From NCBI RefSeq assembly GCF_030144855.1, contig NW_026781175.1, forward strand, positions 248,001-312,000: 64,000 nt of DNA, read 5' to 3'. The notes beneath the pieces were generated by a model. The model did no database searches, was not told the origin of the DNA, and worked only from the letters and a program-made list of their open reading frames with translations. Source of the DNA: Hypanus sabinus (lineage: Eukaryota). Below, piece after piece: positions 38,700-52,040 of the stretch; the stretch's first letter is position 1, and the number at the start of each line of letters is the position of its first letter. Both the position numbers and the translations under genes were made by a program.

Positions 38700-41600
38700 C
38701 CAGATAAATTGAGATCCTGAAGTGTGTGTTTCGGGATCTAGGCAGAAGGCTGAAGAACGGGACCTCAAGGGAGGCATTCTCAGGACTGCTGCCAGTACTA
38801 CGTGATAGTGGTGGTATGAATTGGAGGAGCTGGCAGTGGAATGCGTGGCTGAGGAGTTGGTGCAGGGGGCATAGTTTTAGATTTTTGGAACATTGGGATC
38901 TCTTCTGGGGAAGGTGGGACCTGTACAGGTTGGATGGGTCGCACCTGAACTCGAGGGGGATCAATATTCTTGCTGATAGGTTTGCTAGCATGGCTCGAGA
39001 GGGTTTAAAATAATTTGCAAGGGGGATGTGACCCGGAACGATAGAGCAGTGAAAGAAGTGCATGGAGTAAAGCCAGATCTAACAAATAGACTGGCATTGA
39101 TGAAAGAGAAGCAGAATAAAGGGTGTAAAGGTAGTAATGCAGAAGGACTAAAGTGTGTGTACTTCCATGCAAGAAGCATCAGGAACAAAGTCGATGAACT
39201 GAGAGCTTGGATACGAACATGGAATTATGATGTAGGGGCCATTACGGAGACTTGGCTGGCACCAGGGCAGGAATGGATTCTCAATATTCTTGGATTTCAG
39301 TGCTTTAAAAGGGTTTGGGGGGGGGGGAAGGGCAGGAGGGGTGGCATTACTGGTCAGGGATACTATTACAGCTGCAGAAGGGTGGGTAATGTAGCAGGAT
39401 CCTCTTTTGAGTCAGTATGGGTGGAAGTCAGGAACAGGAAGGGAGCAGTTACTCTAGTGGGGGTATTCTATAGTCCCCCTGGTAGCAGCAGAGATACCGA
39501 GGAGCAGATTGGGAGGCAGATTTTGGAAAGGTGCAAAAATAACATGGTTGTTATCATGGGTGACATTAACTTCCCTAATATTGATTGGCAGTTGATTAGT
39601 TCCAAGGGTTTAGATGGGGCAGAGTTTGTTAAGTGTGTCCAGGATGAATTCCTGTCTCAGTATGTTGACAGGCCGAATGGGGGGAATGCCATACTAGATC
39701 TAGTATTGGGTAACTAACCGGGTCAGCACACAGATCTATCAGAGGGTGAGCATCTGGTTGACAGTGATCACCGCTCTCTGACCTTTAGCATTATCATGGA
39801 AAAGGATAGAATCAGAGAGGGCAGGAGAACTTTTAATTGGGGAAGGGCAAATTATGAGGGATTAAGTCTAGAACTTGTGGGTGTGAATTGGGATGTTGTT
39901 TTTGCAGGGAAATGTACTATGGACATGTGGTCGATGTTTAGGGATATCTTGCAGGATGTTAGGGATAAATTTGTCCCTGTGAGGAAGATAAAGAATGGGA
40001 GGGTGAAGGAACCATGGGTGACAAGTGAAGTAGAAAATCTAGTCAGGTGCAAGAAGGCAGCATATACGAGGTTTAGGAAGCAAGGACAAGATGTTCCTCT
40101 TGAGGAATATAGGGTAGCAAGAAAGGAGCTTAAGAAGGGGCTGAGAAGATTAAGAAAGGGGCATGAGAAGGCTTTGGCGAGTAGGATAAAGGAAAACCCC
40201 AAGGAATTCTTCAGGTATGTGAAGAAGAAAAGGATGGCAGGAGTGAAGGTAGGACTGATTAGAGATAAAGGTGGGAAGATGTGCCTGGAGGCTGTGAAAG
40301 TAAGCGAGGTCCTCAATGAATACTTCTCTTCGGTATTCACCACTGAGAGGGTACTTAATGAAGGAGAGGAAAATATGAGTGAGTTTGATGTTCTGGAGCA
40401 TAATAATATTAAGGGAGAGAAGGTGATGGAGTTGTTAAAATACATTAGGACAGATAAGTCCCCTGAGCCTGACGGAATATTCCTCAGGCTGTTCCACGAG
40501 GCAAGGGAAGAGATTGCTGAACCCCTGCTAGAATCCTTATGTCCTCGTTGTCCACGGGAATGGTACCGGAGGATTGGAGGGAGGCGAATGTTTTCCCCTT
40601 TTTCAAAAAACGTAGTAGGGATAGTCCAGGTAATTATAGACCAGTGAGCCTTACGTCTGTGGTGGGAAAGCTGTTGGAAAAGATTCTTACAGATAGGATC
40701 TGTTGGCATTCAGAGAATCATGTTCTGATCAGGGACAGTCAGCATGGCTCTGTGAAGGGCAGATCGTGCCTACCAAGCCTGATAGAGTTCTCTGAGGAGG
40801 TGACCAGGCATATAGATGAGGGTAGTGCAGTGGATGTGATCTACATGGATTTTAGTAAGGCATTTGACAAGGTTCCACACGGTAGGCTTATTCAGAAAGT
40901 CAGAAGTCATGGGATCCAGAGAAGTTTGGCCAGGTGGATTCATAATTGGCTTGCCGGCAGAAGGCAGAGGGTCGTGGTGGAGGGAGTACATTCAGATTGG
41001 AGGGTTGTGACTTGTGGTGTCCCACAAGGATTTGTTCTGGATCCTCTATTTTTTGTGATTTTTATTAGCGACCTGGATGTGGGGGTAGAAGGGTGGGTTG
41101 GCAAGTATGCAGACGACACAAAAGTTGGCGGTGTAGTAGATAGTGTAGAGGATTGTAGAAGATTGCAGAGAGACATTGATAGGATGCAGAAGTGGGCTGA
41201 GAAGTGGCAGATGGAGTTCAACCCGGAGAAGTGTGAGGTGGTAGACTTTGGAAGGACAAACTCCAAGACAGAGTATAAATTAAATAGCACGATACATGGT
41301 GGCATGGAGGAGCAGAGGGATCTGGGGGTACATGTTCACAGATCCCTGAAAGTTGCCTCACAGGTAGATAGGGTAGTTAAGAAAGCTTATGGGGTGTCAG
41401 CTTTTATAAGTCGAGCGATAGTTTTTAAGAGACGTGATGTAATGATGCAGCTCTATAAAACTGTAGTTAGGCCACACTTGGAGTACAGTGTCCAGTTCTG
41501 GTCTCCTCAGTATAGGAAGGATGTGGAAGCATTGGAATGGGTACAGAGGAGATTTACCAGGATGCTGCCTGGTTTAGAGAGTATGGATTATGATCAGAGA

Positions 41601-42005
41601 TTAAGGGAGCTAGGGCTTTACTCTTCGGAGAGAAGGAGGATAAGAGGAGACATGATAGAGGTGTACAAGATGTTCAGAGGAATAGACAGAGTGGACAGCC
41701 AGCGCCTCTTCCCCAGGGCACCACTGCTCAGTACAAGAGGACATGGTTTTAAGGGAAGGGGAGGGATGTCAAAGGGGGAAATTAGAGGAAGGGTTTCCAC
41801 TCAGAAAGTGGTTGGTGCGTGGAATGCACAACCTGAGACAGTGGTTGAAGCAGGTACAGAAGTGAAGTTTAAGAGACTACTAGACAAGTATATGAAGGAA
41901 TATAAGGTGAGGAATTTAATATGGGAGGCAGGGTTTGAGGGTCGGTACAACATTGTGTGCGGAAGGGCGTGTACTGTGCTTTACTATTCTAAGTTCTATG
42001 TTCTA
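38700..42005 (+). mobile_element. CR1 LINE: ORF1 esterase C-terminus plus near-complete ORF2 with few lesions (RT open for ~470 aa)
   Basis: LYRLDGSHLNSRG (ORF1), ITETWL, GDINFP, NYRPVSLTSVVGK, DFSKAFDKVPH, GVPQG and YADDTK. Tail TTCTATGTTCT. Confidence 0.98.
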
Positions 42006-42029
42006 ATATTTGGGAAATTAAAATCTCAC

Positions 42030-43460
42030 ACTTAATAATAACAACCCTGTTATTATTTCTTCTTTCCAGAATCCATCTCCCTATCTGCTCCTCGATGTCC
42101 CTGTTACCATTGGGTGGTCTATAAAAACACCCAGCAGAGTTGTTGGCCCCTTCCTGTTTATAAATTACACCCACCCCTCCGAGACTCAGTAGACAACCCC
42201 TCCATGACTTCCTCTTTCTCTGCATCCGTAACACTACATCTGATCAGCAGTAACTTGGTCTCTCCTCTTCTGCCTCCCTCCCTGTCATTTGAAACGTCTA
42301 AAGCCTGGCACTCTAAGTAAGTATTCCTGCCGCTGAGCCATTCAAGTCTCTGTAATGGCCGCAACATCATAGTACCAAGTGCTACTCCACGCTCTAATTT
42401 CATCCTCTTTGTTCATAATATCCCTTGCATTAAAGTAGATACATTTGAAACCATCGGTCTGAGCGCATCCCATCTCTATCGCCTGCCTATCTTCTCTCTC
42501 ACACTATTTACAAGCTTTCTTTATTTGTGAGCCAACCTCCGCTTCCTCCGTCTCTTCAGCTGTCTTCCCAATCCCCAGCAATTCTACTTTAAACTGTCCG
42601 CAATAGCCTGAGCAAATCTCCATGCCAAGATCTTGGTCCCCTTAGGATTCAAGTGCAACCAGTCTTTTGTAGAGGTCAGACCTGCCCCAAAAAAGGTCCC
42701 AATGATGCAGAAATCTGAATCTACTAGACCTCCTCCAATCCCTCCATTTATCCTCCGCTTCATTCTATTCCTAATCTCACTGTCACGAGAATACAAACTT
42801 TGAAGTCCTGCTTCTCAACTTCCTTCCTAACTACCTGCAGTCTGTTTTCAGGACTTTCTCCCTTTACTTACCTCCGTAGCTGTTCTCCTTCCCACTTAAG
42901 GGTATCGTGGACGCGATCAAAAAGATCCCGGACCCTGGCACCTGGGAGGAAAACTATCGTTCGTGTTTCTTTCTTGGTAGGCCGCCCCTCCAATAGTACT
43001 AAAACATGAGTACTTATTGTTAGGGAGGACAGCCACAGGGGTACCCCCTAGTATCTGATTCTTGCCCTTCCCTCTCCTGACTATTAATCACTTACCTCAC
43101 GAGGTCTCGGTGTCAGTACTTGCTTATTGCTCTTATCTATCCCCACTTCACTCTCCCTGACCAGAAGAACGTCATCGAACTGCATCTCCAGATCTGTAAC
43201 GTGCTCCCTAAGGAGCTGCAGCTCGACGCACCTCGTGCAGATGTGGCTGTCTGGAAATTAGGAAGTCTGAGGAACATCCCACCGCTGACACCCCAGCACA
43301 GAACATACATATTTCCTGTATCTATTCTTCACAAATAACTGACCTAGCCTCGACCTATTATCGCCGGTCCAGTTGAGGAAAAACTATTCTGTCTGCATCT
43401 ACTACTTCGCCCGCTCCTATGACGCCCGCTCTATAAAGCAGTCTCCTTTTTAAACACTTC
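42030..43460 (-). mobile_element. CR1 5' portion (5' UTR, ORF1, start of ORF2)
   Basis: Minus-strand LHLNPKGTKILA and FYRPPNGNRDIEEQIGR motifs. Confidence 0.88.
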
Positions 43461-43612
43461 CCGTTGTCCCTATACAGAATTCTCTTAAAGCTTGAAATCG
43501 ATTTGTCATGCACCACCTTTATGTTCCCCTTAAACCGTTTACCATTCACCATTAAGCCATGACTTCAGGTTGTAATCCCAACCTACCTCAGTGGAAGAAG
43601 CTTACTTGCATT

Positions 43613-43781
43613 TCTAATGCCCTTCCCTTGGACAACATCGGTGGCGTGCAGAGGGGAGACTTGCAGCTTGGGCAACTGCCGGTCTTATATTAAAAATACC
43701 TTGCCCAGGCTTGCGCCCTGGAAACTTTCCAAGGCGCAAATCCATGGTCTATCGAGACTAACGGAGGCCTACACTACACAC
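43613..43781 (+). mobile_element. Short retroposon (SINE or LINE 3' tail) nested in a CR1 fragment
   Basis: ~170-bp insert ending CCATGGTCTATCGAGACTAACGGAGGCC(TACAC)n, which splits a minus-strand CR1 3' sequence. Confidence 0.5.
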
Positions 43782-43799
43782 TGCAGATAATTTTGTAAA

Positions 43800-44922
43800 C
43801 TGCATTGCAGCAAGGCATTTGATAAAGTGCCCCATGCAAGGCTTATTGAGTAAGTAAGGAGGCATGGGTTCAAAGGGGACTTTGCTTTGTGCATCCAGAA
43901 CTGGCATGCAACAGAAGACAAAGAGTGGTTGTAGACGGTTCATATTCTGCATGGAGGTCGGTAACCAGTGATGAGCCTGAATGATCTGTTCTGGGACCTT
44001 CACTCTTCGTGATTTTTATAAATGACCGGGATTAGGAAGTGGAGGAATGGATTAGTAAATTTGCTGATGACACAAAGTTTGGAGGTGTTGTGGATGATGT
44101 GCAGGGCTGTCAAAGGACAGAGCGGGACATTGGTAGGATGCAAAACTGGGCTGAGAAGTTCATTCTGGCAGGTCAAATATGATGGCAAAATATAGTATTA
44201 ATGGTAAGATTTTTGGCAATGTGGAGGATCAGAGGGATCTTGGGGTCCTAGTCCATAGGACGCTCAAAGCAGCTGTGTAGGTTGACTCTGTGTTTAAGAA
44301 AGCGTGTGGTGTATTGGTCTTCATCAATCGTGGAATTGAATTTAGGAGCCCAGAGGTAATGTTGCAGTTACATAGGACCCTGGTCAGACCCAACTTGGAG
44401 TACGGTGCTCAGTTTTGGTATACTCACTACACGAAGGCCGTGGAAGCCATAGAAATGGTGCAGAGGAGATTTCCAAGAATGTTTTCTGGATTGGAGGGCA
44501 TGCTTTATGAGAATATGCTGAGTGAACTCGGCCTTTTCTTCTTGGAGCGACGGATGTTGAGAGGTGACCTGATAGAGGTGTATAAGATGATGAGAGGCAT
44601 TGATCTTGTGAATAGTCAGAGACTTTTTTCCCCAAGGCTGAAATTGTTGCCAGAAGATGTCAGAGATTTTAGATACTGGGGATTAGGTACAGAGGAGATG
44701 TCAGGGGTAAATTTTAAACTCAGAGAGTAGTGAGTGCGTGGAACGGGCTGCCGGCATAGGTGGTGGAGATGGATACGTTAGGGTCTTTTGGATAGGTACA
44801 TAGAGCTTTGAAAAATAGAAGGCAATGAATAGGTCTGTTAATTTCTTTAAGGTAGGGACATGTTCGGCGCAACTTTGTGGGCAGAAAGGCCTCTATTATA
44901 CCGTAGGTTTTCTGTGTTTCTA
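43800..44922 (+). mobile_element. CR1 RT plus 3' end
   Basis: KAFDKVPHA, KFADDTK and LVRPNLEYGAQFW motifs. Confidence 0.92.
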
Positions 44923-45663
44923 TCAAAACTATCAAACGTCTACATTCCAATCAATGAAGTCCTAATGTAATCGGTCTCTCCATATAATTCAGTTTTCTAG
45001 TCTTTACACTAACTTTGTATATTTTCTTCGGCCTCTTTCCATCGTACTTTTATCTTTCCTCGGGTAGCTGACTGAAATTGCATGCAATACTCCAAATTAG
45101 CCCTCACCAATGTCAACAATAAATACCATCTCCTCTTTCAGTCCTATCTACCTCTGACGCCAGTTCCAATGAATGCTCATATCCTGAGCGAAGTCTGGAA
45201 GAACGCAGCGGGTTGCTGTTTATATTTGATGTTTTCGATGAATTCAAGCACAGAATCGATTTTGCAGACAGTTGGAGAGATACAAATCCTCAGCACCAGT
45301 GGCCAGATCCCGAGTGGTGGTGTGAGGCGTCGCACATTGTGTACAGTTTAATCCAGGGCAAGCTGCTCCCAGGGTGTTCAGTGCTGGTGACTTCCCGTCC
45401 CACTGCGTTACATTTATTGGAGAAGGCAGAGAGGAGTTCCCAGTTCCTCTCCGGGTTTCTCATAGAGCTTTTCAAGGGAGATACTACTGTCAGGAGTGTC
45501 GTGTACTTATTTCGTGCCTCTCCATCCAAGAGTTTTTAACTGTGTTCGCACAATTCTTGATTCCACCTACTGGGGACTTGCTAAAACTCCTCACTGATAC
45601 CCACAGTACAATAATGGATGATTTGATAATTTTCTCATTTTTGTTGCAGGTCTCTCCTCCGAA

Positions 45664-46037
45664 ATGACATCTCAGGCCCTGGAGGAGTTTCTGGGTCCAT
45701 TTACGTATCAAAGAATCTGCCAGGTGATTGACTGGATGAAGAAGGATGTAAAACGCCAGACTGAAAAAACAGAGAGTGAAGCTGGTAAAAGGAGCCTCCT
45801 GAAAACTTTGCACTACCTGTTTGAGTCTGAGAATCGTGGGCTGGCTAAGGTCGCAGTGCGATCTGTGGAGACACTTTCCTTCAGTGGAATGTCTTTGACC
45901 CCGATTGAATGTGTAGTCTTGTCACAAGTCATCGGGCTTTCTGATACAATAAAATGTCTCGACCTGGATCGCTGCGACATTCAGCATGAAAGTCTCCAAT
46001 GGTTTGGACACGGGCTGCACAAGTGCCAGGAGTTGAG
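45664..46037 (+). CDS. Open 3' part of the NACHT exon (HD2 / first LRR)
   Basis: MTSQALEEFLGPF...LHYLFESENRGL...LDLDRCDIQ...KCQEL, then donor AG|GTAGTG in phase 2. Confidence 0.7.
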
Positions 46038-46407
46038 GTAGTGATTAAATTGTCTCTCCCTGATTATTGTAAAATTGTACTGTTTTTCTTTTGTAAAATA
46101 GCCTACACGGAACTACCTCCTGCTCTTTTCTGCACCCCAGCTACCATGTTGCCTCAGGGCTTGGGTAGCAAGAAATGAGTAGAGAGCCCTTGACACTATT
46201 GTTGACCGCTTGTTCTTCATCTACGTCCACCACACATCCATCTCCAGCCCGCACTGTGAGGGATGGTGCTCCATCCTACCCAATATTGATATCCCTTGAA
46301 CAGTCCACAACAGAGCAGTTCGGTGGGAGGAGGAGAATAATTGTCTGTCAAATGTTAGAATCCATGAAGTGTACCTTCTGACTTCTAAACACTTTGCCTG
46401 ATTTTAG

Positions 46408-46494
46408 CCTGGTAGGTAATAAGCTGGGAGACTCGGGAGTGAAATTGGTGTCTGCAGCTCTGAGGAACCCGGAGTGTAAAATACAGAAACTGTG
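46408..46494 (+). CDS. NLR LRR exon (87 nt)
   Basis: TTTTAG|...|GTAAGT. Encodes [29 protein letters not shown]. Confidence 0.9.
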
Positions 46495-46650
46495 GTAAGT
46501 ACCAGACTGTGGGAGATCGTGTTTACAGTCACTGAGTGTCTGACACTGAACATCAATGTAATCAGTAACTGTGTTAATAATAAACACTGGGGATTTGTAT
46601 CATCTCCGATCTCTTTGTGTACTTCACAACCATTATTTCTTGGCTGGAGA

Positions 46651-46870
46651 AACACGCACAGCACGCTGGAGGAACTCAGTAGGTCGGGCAACATCCATGG
46701 AAAAGAACAGTCAACTTTTCAGGCCGATACCATTCGTCAGGACTGGCGAAGGGTTTGCATCCGAAACGTTAAATGCTCTTTTCCACTGATGCTGCCCGAC
46801 CTGCTGAGTTCCTCCAGCGTGTTGTGCGTGTTGCTTTGACCACAGCATCTGCAGGGTATTTTGTGTTTCC
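46651..46870. mobile_element. Palindromic PLE-derived mini-element with hammerhead-like cores on both strands and ~16-bp TSD
   Basis: ~90-bp inverted arms at 46651-46740 and 46743-46832. Flanked by ATTTCTTGGCTGGAGA and ATTTTCTGGCTGGAGA. Confidence 0.85.
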
Positions 46871-46879
46871 GATTTTCTG

Positions 46880-47000
46880 GCTGGAGATTGCCCGTCTCAA
46901 AGATTCTGCTGCCGGGGATCTCGCCTCGGCTTCCTCTTTATTTAAATCGCAGACGGTGCTGATTTGACTAAAAGATATACTGGGAGATTCCGCAATTTTT
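46880..47000 (+). pseudogene. Dead LRR exon remnant
   Basis: LEIARLKDSAAGDLASASSLFKSQTVLI*LKDILGDS. No AG acceptor, one stop, truncated by CR1. Confidence 0.8.
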
Positions 47001-47004
47001 ATGG

Positions 47005-50000
47005 GGAGGGCGATCAACCAGATGTTTCGTTACATATTGGTACAAATGAAATAGGAAGGAAAGAAAAGAGGTCCTGAAAAGAGAATTTAGAGAGCTGGGT
47101 CGAATGCTGAGAAGCAGGACCTCCAGTGTAGCAACTTATGCATTGCTACCTATGCCATGCGCCAGTGAGGTTAGAAACAGGATTATTTGGCAGATTGATG
47201 CACGGCTGAGAACCGGTTGCAGTTGGCAGGCCTTCAGGTTCTTCGACCATTGGGATATCTTCTGTTGCAGTTATGACCTTTTCTAAAGTGACGGGCTGCA
47301 CCTGAACCAGAGAGAGACTAGATTTCTCGCAGATAGGTTTATAACAGCTGTTAGAACTGGTTTAAACAAAATCGGAGTGAAGAGACACAGATGGTTAAAA
47401 AATACAAAACATGCAGTCAGACTGTCAGGAAAGGCAGGCATAGGATAGGACAAAATTGCAGCCAGTAGGGTGAGTGCCGTCGCATTAATTATTCAGAATA
47501 AAAAAGGTAGTAAAGACAGTATTCAAGGTACTATATCCCAATGCATGGAGTACAAGAAACAAATTGAATCCTATGTTACATTACTACAGATTGTCAGGTG
47601 CATTACTGAATCGTGGCTGAAGGATGGTAGTAGTTGGAGCTGGATGTCAGAGAAAACACATAATATCAGAGGGAGAGGAAAATTCTGCGTGGCTCTGCTT
47701 GTAAAAAGTAGCATCAAAACATTAAAAACTTGTGACATAGTATCGGATGATGTTGAATCTTTGTGGGTTGAGTTATGAGAATGTAAGGATAAAAAGGCAG
47801 TTATATACGGTCCTCCCTACAGTGGCTGGAAAGTAGATCAGAGATTACAACAGGAGGTAGAAAATGCGTGTCAAATGTGCAATGGTATGATCGTCATGTG
47901 AGATTGTAACATGTAGCTTGATTGGGAAAATCAGCTTGGTAATATATCTCAAGAGAGTGAGTTTGTTGAATGACTTTTTAGAAAATCAGCTAGGAGATCA
48001 GCTGCACTGGATAGGGTGTAATGAAATGATCTGGAGGCGTTTAGGGAGCTTAAGGTAGAAGGACCTTTAGGAACTAGTGATCACAATATGAGGGCACGAC
48101 TTCAGGATTGAAGGACTGTTTTCGAACTGAAAAGCGGAGAAATTACTTTAGTCAGAAGTTAGTAAATCTGTGGAATTTGTTGTCATGAGCGGCAGTGAAC
48201 GCCATGCTATTGGGTGCACTAAATGCTGAGAGGGATAGGTCCTGGATTATCTACGACATCAAATGGTATGGAGTAAAAGCAGGGGGTGGAGATGACTGGA
48301 GGAAGTGGTTCAGCCCATGATTGAATGGAGGAGTAGACTGGATAGGCCCAATGGTCTATTTCTGATCCTAAATCTTATGGTCTTATTGTCTTATACACAT
48401 GTGTATCCCAAAGGTAAAGAAATACTCAAATGGCAAAATTGTACAACGGTGGCTGACAAGGAAAGGATAAGGTAATGTAAACATGAAAGAGAGCATACAA
48501 TAAAGTAAATGGTGGGAAGATAGAGGATTGGGAAACCCTACAGAAAACAACTAAAAGAACAATTAGAAAGGAAAAGATGAAATATGAAATCATTCTACAA
48601 ACAATATCAAACTGGATAGTAAAGGCCTTTTTCAAGTATGTTAAAACTAAAAGATAGATCAGAGATAGGGCCGGTAGAACATGAGGCAGCAGAAGGAATA
48701 ACGGGGGACAAGGAGATAGCAGATGACCTAAATGAGTATATTGCATCACTCCTCACTGTGGAAGATTATGTAATGTGTGAAGGAACAGAAGTGGGTGCAA
48801 TTACTATTACAAGGTGCACAAAAAGCTGAAAGACTTAAAAGTAAATAGGTCACCCGGCCCAGATGAACTGCACCCTAGGTTTCTGAAAGAAGAAGCACTC
48901 GAGATTCGGGCGGCACCAGAAAAGATCTTTCAAAAATCAATTGAGGAGATTACACGTAGTACACGTAGTACACGTCGGGGGTGAATTGCGTGTTGTATAT
49001 TTGAACTTCGAAGAGGCCTTTAACAAGGTGCCATACTTGAGGCTACTTTACAAGTTAAGAGCTCATGTTATTACAGGAATGTTACTAACATGGTTAGAGC
49101 TTTGACTGTCTGGTAGAAGGTAGTGAGTGGGAATAAAATGACCCATGTCTGGTTGGCTTCCAGTGACTGGTGGTGTTCCGCAAGTGTCGGTTTTGGGACC
49201 ACTTCTTTTTATGCTGTATATAAAAGACAGATGATGAAATGGATTATTTTGTTTCCAAGTTTTCAGTTATGCAAAGATCAGTGGAACGGCGGGTAGTATT
49301 GATGAAACAGAAAGAATGCAGAAGTACTTAGATAGATAAAGAGAATGGGCAATATAGTGGCAGATGAAATAAAATGTTGCAAAATGTATGGACGCGCTCT
49401 TTGATAGTAGAAATAAATGCACGGACTATTATCTAAACGAGGACAAAAACCCAAAAATCTGAGACGCAAAGAGTCTTGCGAGAGCATATGCAGAACGTCC
49501 TAATAGTTGATTTGCAGGTTGAGATGTTGATGAGGAAGGCAAATGCAATGTTAGCATTCATCTCAAGAGGTCTAGCGTTCAACAGTGGGGATTTGATACT
49601 CAGGCTTTATAAGGCACCCGTGAGGTCTCACCTTGAGTATTGTGTACAATTCAGGGCCCCTCATCTGAGAAAAGATGTGCTAGTATTGGAAGAGGTCCAG
49701 AGGAAGTTCGCAAGGATGATTACTGGAATGAAAGGATTATCATACGAGGAACTTTTGACTGCTGTGGGTCTGTACTCGCTGATATTCAGAAGGATGAGGG
49801 AGTGTCTCATTGAAACTTTTGAAATGCCTCAAAAGAATAGATGTGTGAAGAATGTTTCTCATGACGGGTGACGGGTGAGTCTAGGACAAGAGGGAACAAC
49901 CTCAAAAAAGAGATGCTGAGGAATTTCTTTAGCCAATGGGTGCAGAATTTTTTCCCACTTGACAGCTGTGCAGACCAGTCGTTGGGTAGAGATTGATGGG

Positions 50001-52040
50001 TTCTTGATTGTAAATGGCATCAAAGGTTACGGGGAGAAAGCAGGGAACTGGGCTTGAGGAAGAGAGGAATAAAAGGATCACCTATACTTTAATGGCGAAA
50101 CAGACTCGTTGGGTCAGATGGTTTTATTCTGCTCCGAAGTCTTATGGTCTTAGGTCTTCAGTCTTATGATCTTAAGATGCTGAATCCCTGCGGGTTGAAT
50201 TAAGATACTGCAAGAGTAAAATGACCATGATGGTAATTATATACAGGACGCCCAACAACAGCTGGACTGTGGACCACAGATCACGGCAGGAAATAGAAAA
50301 GGCGTGTAAAAAGGACATTGTTATGGTTTTCCTGGGAGATTTCAAAATGCAGGTCGATTGGCAAAATCAATTTGGTAATGGATCTTAAGAGAATAAGTTT
50401 TTTGAATATTTATGAGATGGCTTTTTAGAGCAGTTTATCGTTGAGCCTTCTAGGGGATCAGCTATACTGGATTGGGCGTTCTGTAATGATACGGAGGAAA
50501 TTAGGAAGCTTGTATGTCATAAAAAAAACAAATGGTAAAATAGTACAGCTATGGCTGACAAGGGAAGTCAAAGCTAACGTAAAAACAAAAGAGATGGCAT
50601 ACAACAAATCAAAAAGATACCGGTAAGAGAAAGCGTTGGGAAGTCTTTAAAAAACTACGGAGAGCAGGTAAAAGAATCATTAAGTGGAAAACGGTGAGAT
50701 TTGTAAGGAAGCAAGCAAACAATATCAAATTGGATAGCAAACGCTTTTTCAAGTATGTAACACTAAAACAGAGATGTCAATTTATATATGACCGATAGAC
50801 AATGAGGCCAAAGAAACAATATCGGCGGATAAGGAGATGGCTGATGAACTTAAACAGTATCTTACATCAGTATTCACCGTGGAAGACACGAACAGTGTGC
50901 TGATGTTGAAGGGTGTGAGGGATGAGAAGTAAATGCAGTTATTATTACAAAGGAGAAGGTCCTGAGAAAGCTGGACGCCCTAAGGATACATGTCACTTGG
51001 ATCGGATGAACTGCACCCTACTGTTCTGAAAGAGGTAGCGACAGAGGTTTTTGAGACGTTAGTGATGATTTTTCAGAAGGCACTGTACTCTGGCATGGTG
51101 CCACAGGACGTTCGAAAAATGCAAATATCTCTCCACTCTTTAAGAAAAGAAGAAAGCTGCAGGAAGAAAGCATAAACCATTTATGGAACACACTACCGTC
51201 AGTGGTTGGGAAGATATTTTAGTCATTTGTTAAGGATAACGTTATCAATTATTTGGTGAGACAGGAAAAGAAGGGAGAAAGTCAGCGTTGTTTCCTTCAG
51301 CGAAACTCCTGCCTGGGAAACCTGTTAGAATTCACTGAGAAGACTGCAAGGAGGATAGATGAAAGAAATGCATTGAATGCTGCAGATTTGTCAGTGTACC
51401 GCACATGAGACAGCTTACAAATTTAACTGCCTTTGGTATTGCAAGATAATTACTGGCATGGTTAGAGCATTGGCTGATTGGTTGGAGGCAGCTAGTGGGA
51501 ATGAAAAGATCCTTTTCTGGTTGGCTGAAAGTGACTAGTAGTTTTGCACAGAGCTCTGGATTGGGACCGCATCGTTTATGTTGGAAATCAATTACTTAGA
51601 TGATGGAGTCAGTGGCTTTATTGGCGTTTTGCAGATGATACGATGATTGGTGTTGAGGAAACAGATAGGCTTCAGGAAGAATAGACAGCTTAGGCGAATG
51701 GGCAAGAAAGAGGCAAGGGAAACACAATGTTGCAAAATGCATGGTCATGCACATTGTTAGTAGAAATTAATATGAAGACAATTTTCTAATCGGGGAGAAG
51801 AACATAAATTCTGAGTACAAAGATGCCAGAACACATTAAATTTTAACGTGTAGGTAGAGTCAATGATGAGAAAGGCAAATGCAATGTAGCATTTATTTCA
51901 AGACATCTAGAATACAAGAACAAGGATATGGTGCTGGGGCTTGACAACGCACTGGTGAGGCTTCGCCTTGATTATTGTGAGCACATTTGGGCTCCTCAGC
52001 TAAGGAAATATGTGCTGACATTGGAGAGGGTTCAGAGAAC
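47005..52040 (+). mobile_element. Cluster of degenerate CR1 fragments in an NLR intron
   Basis: ORF1 (FRFFDHWDIF), endonuclease (ITESWL, ESLWVEL), RT (GSDELHPTVLKE, HLEYCVQF) and several 3' tails. Confidence 0.9.

Noticed and set aside
39852-40709. 285-aa minus-strand ORF
   Set aside because: Antisense shadow of CR1 ORF2.
38700-42005. Active autonomous CR1
   Set aside because: 5'-truncated, with a stop at 39715-39717 and frameshifts splitting ORF2.
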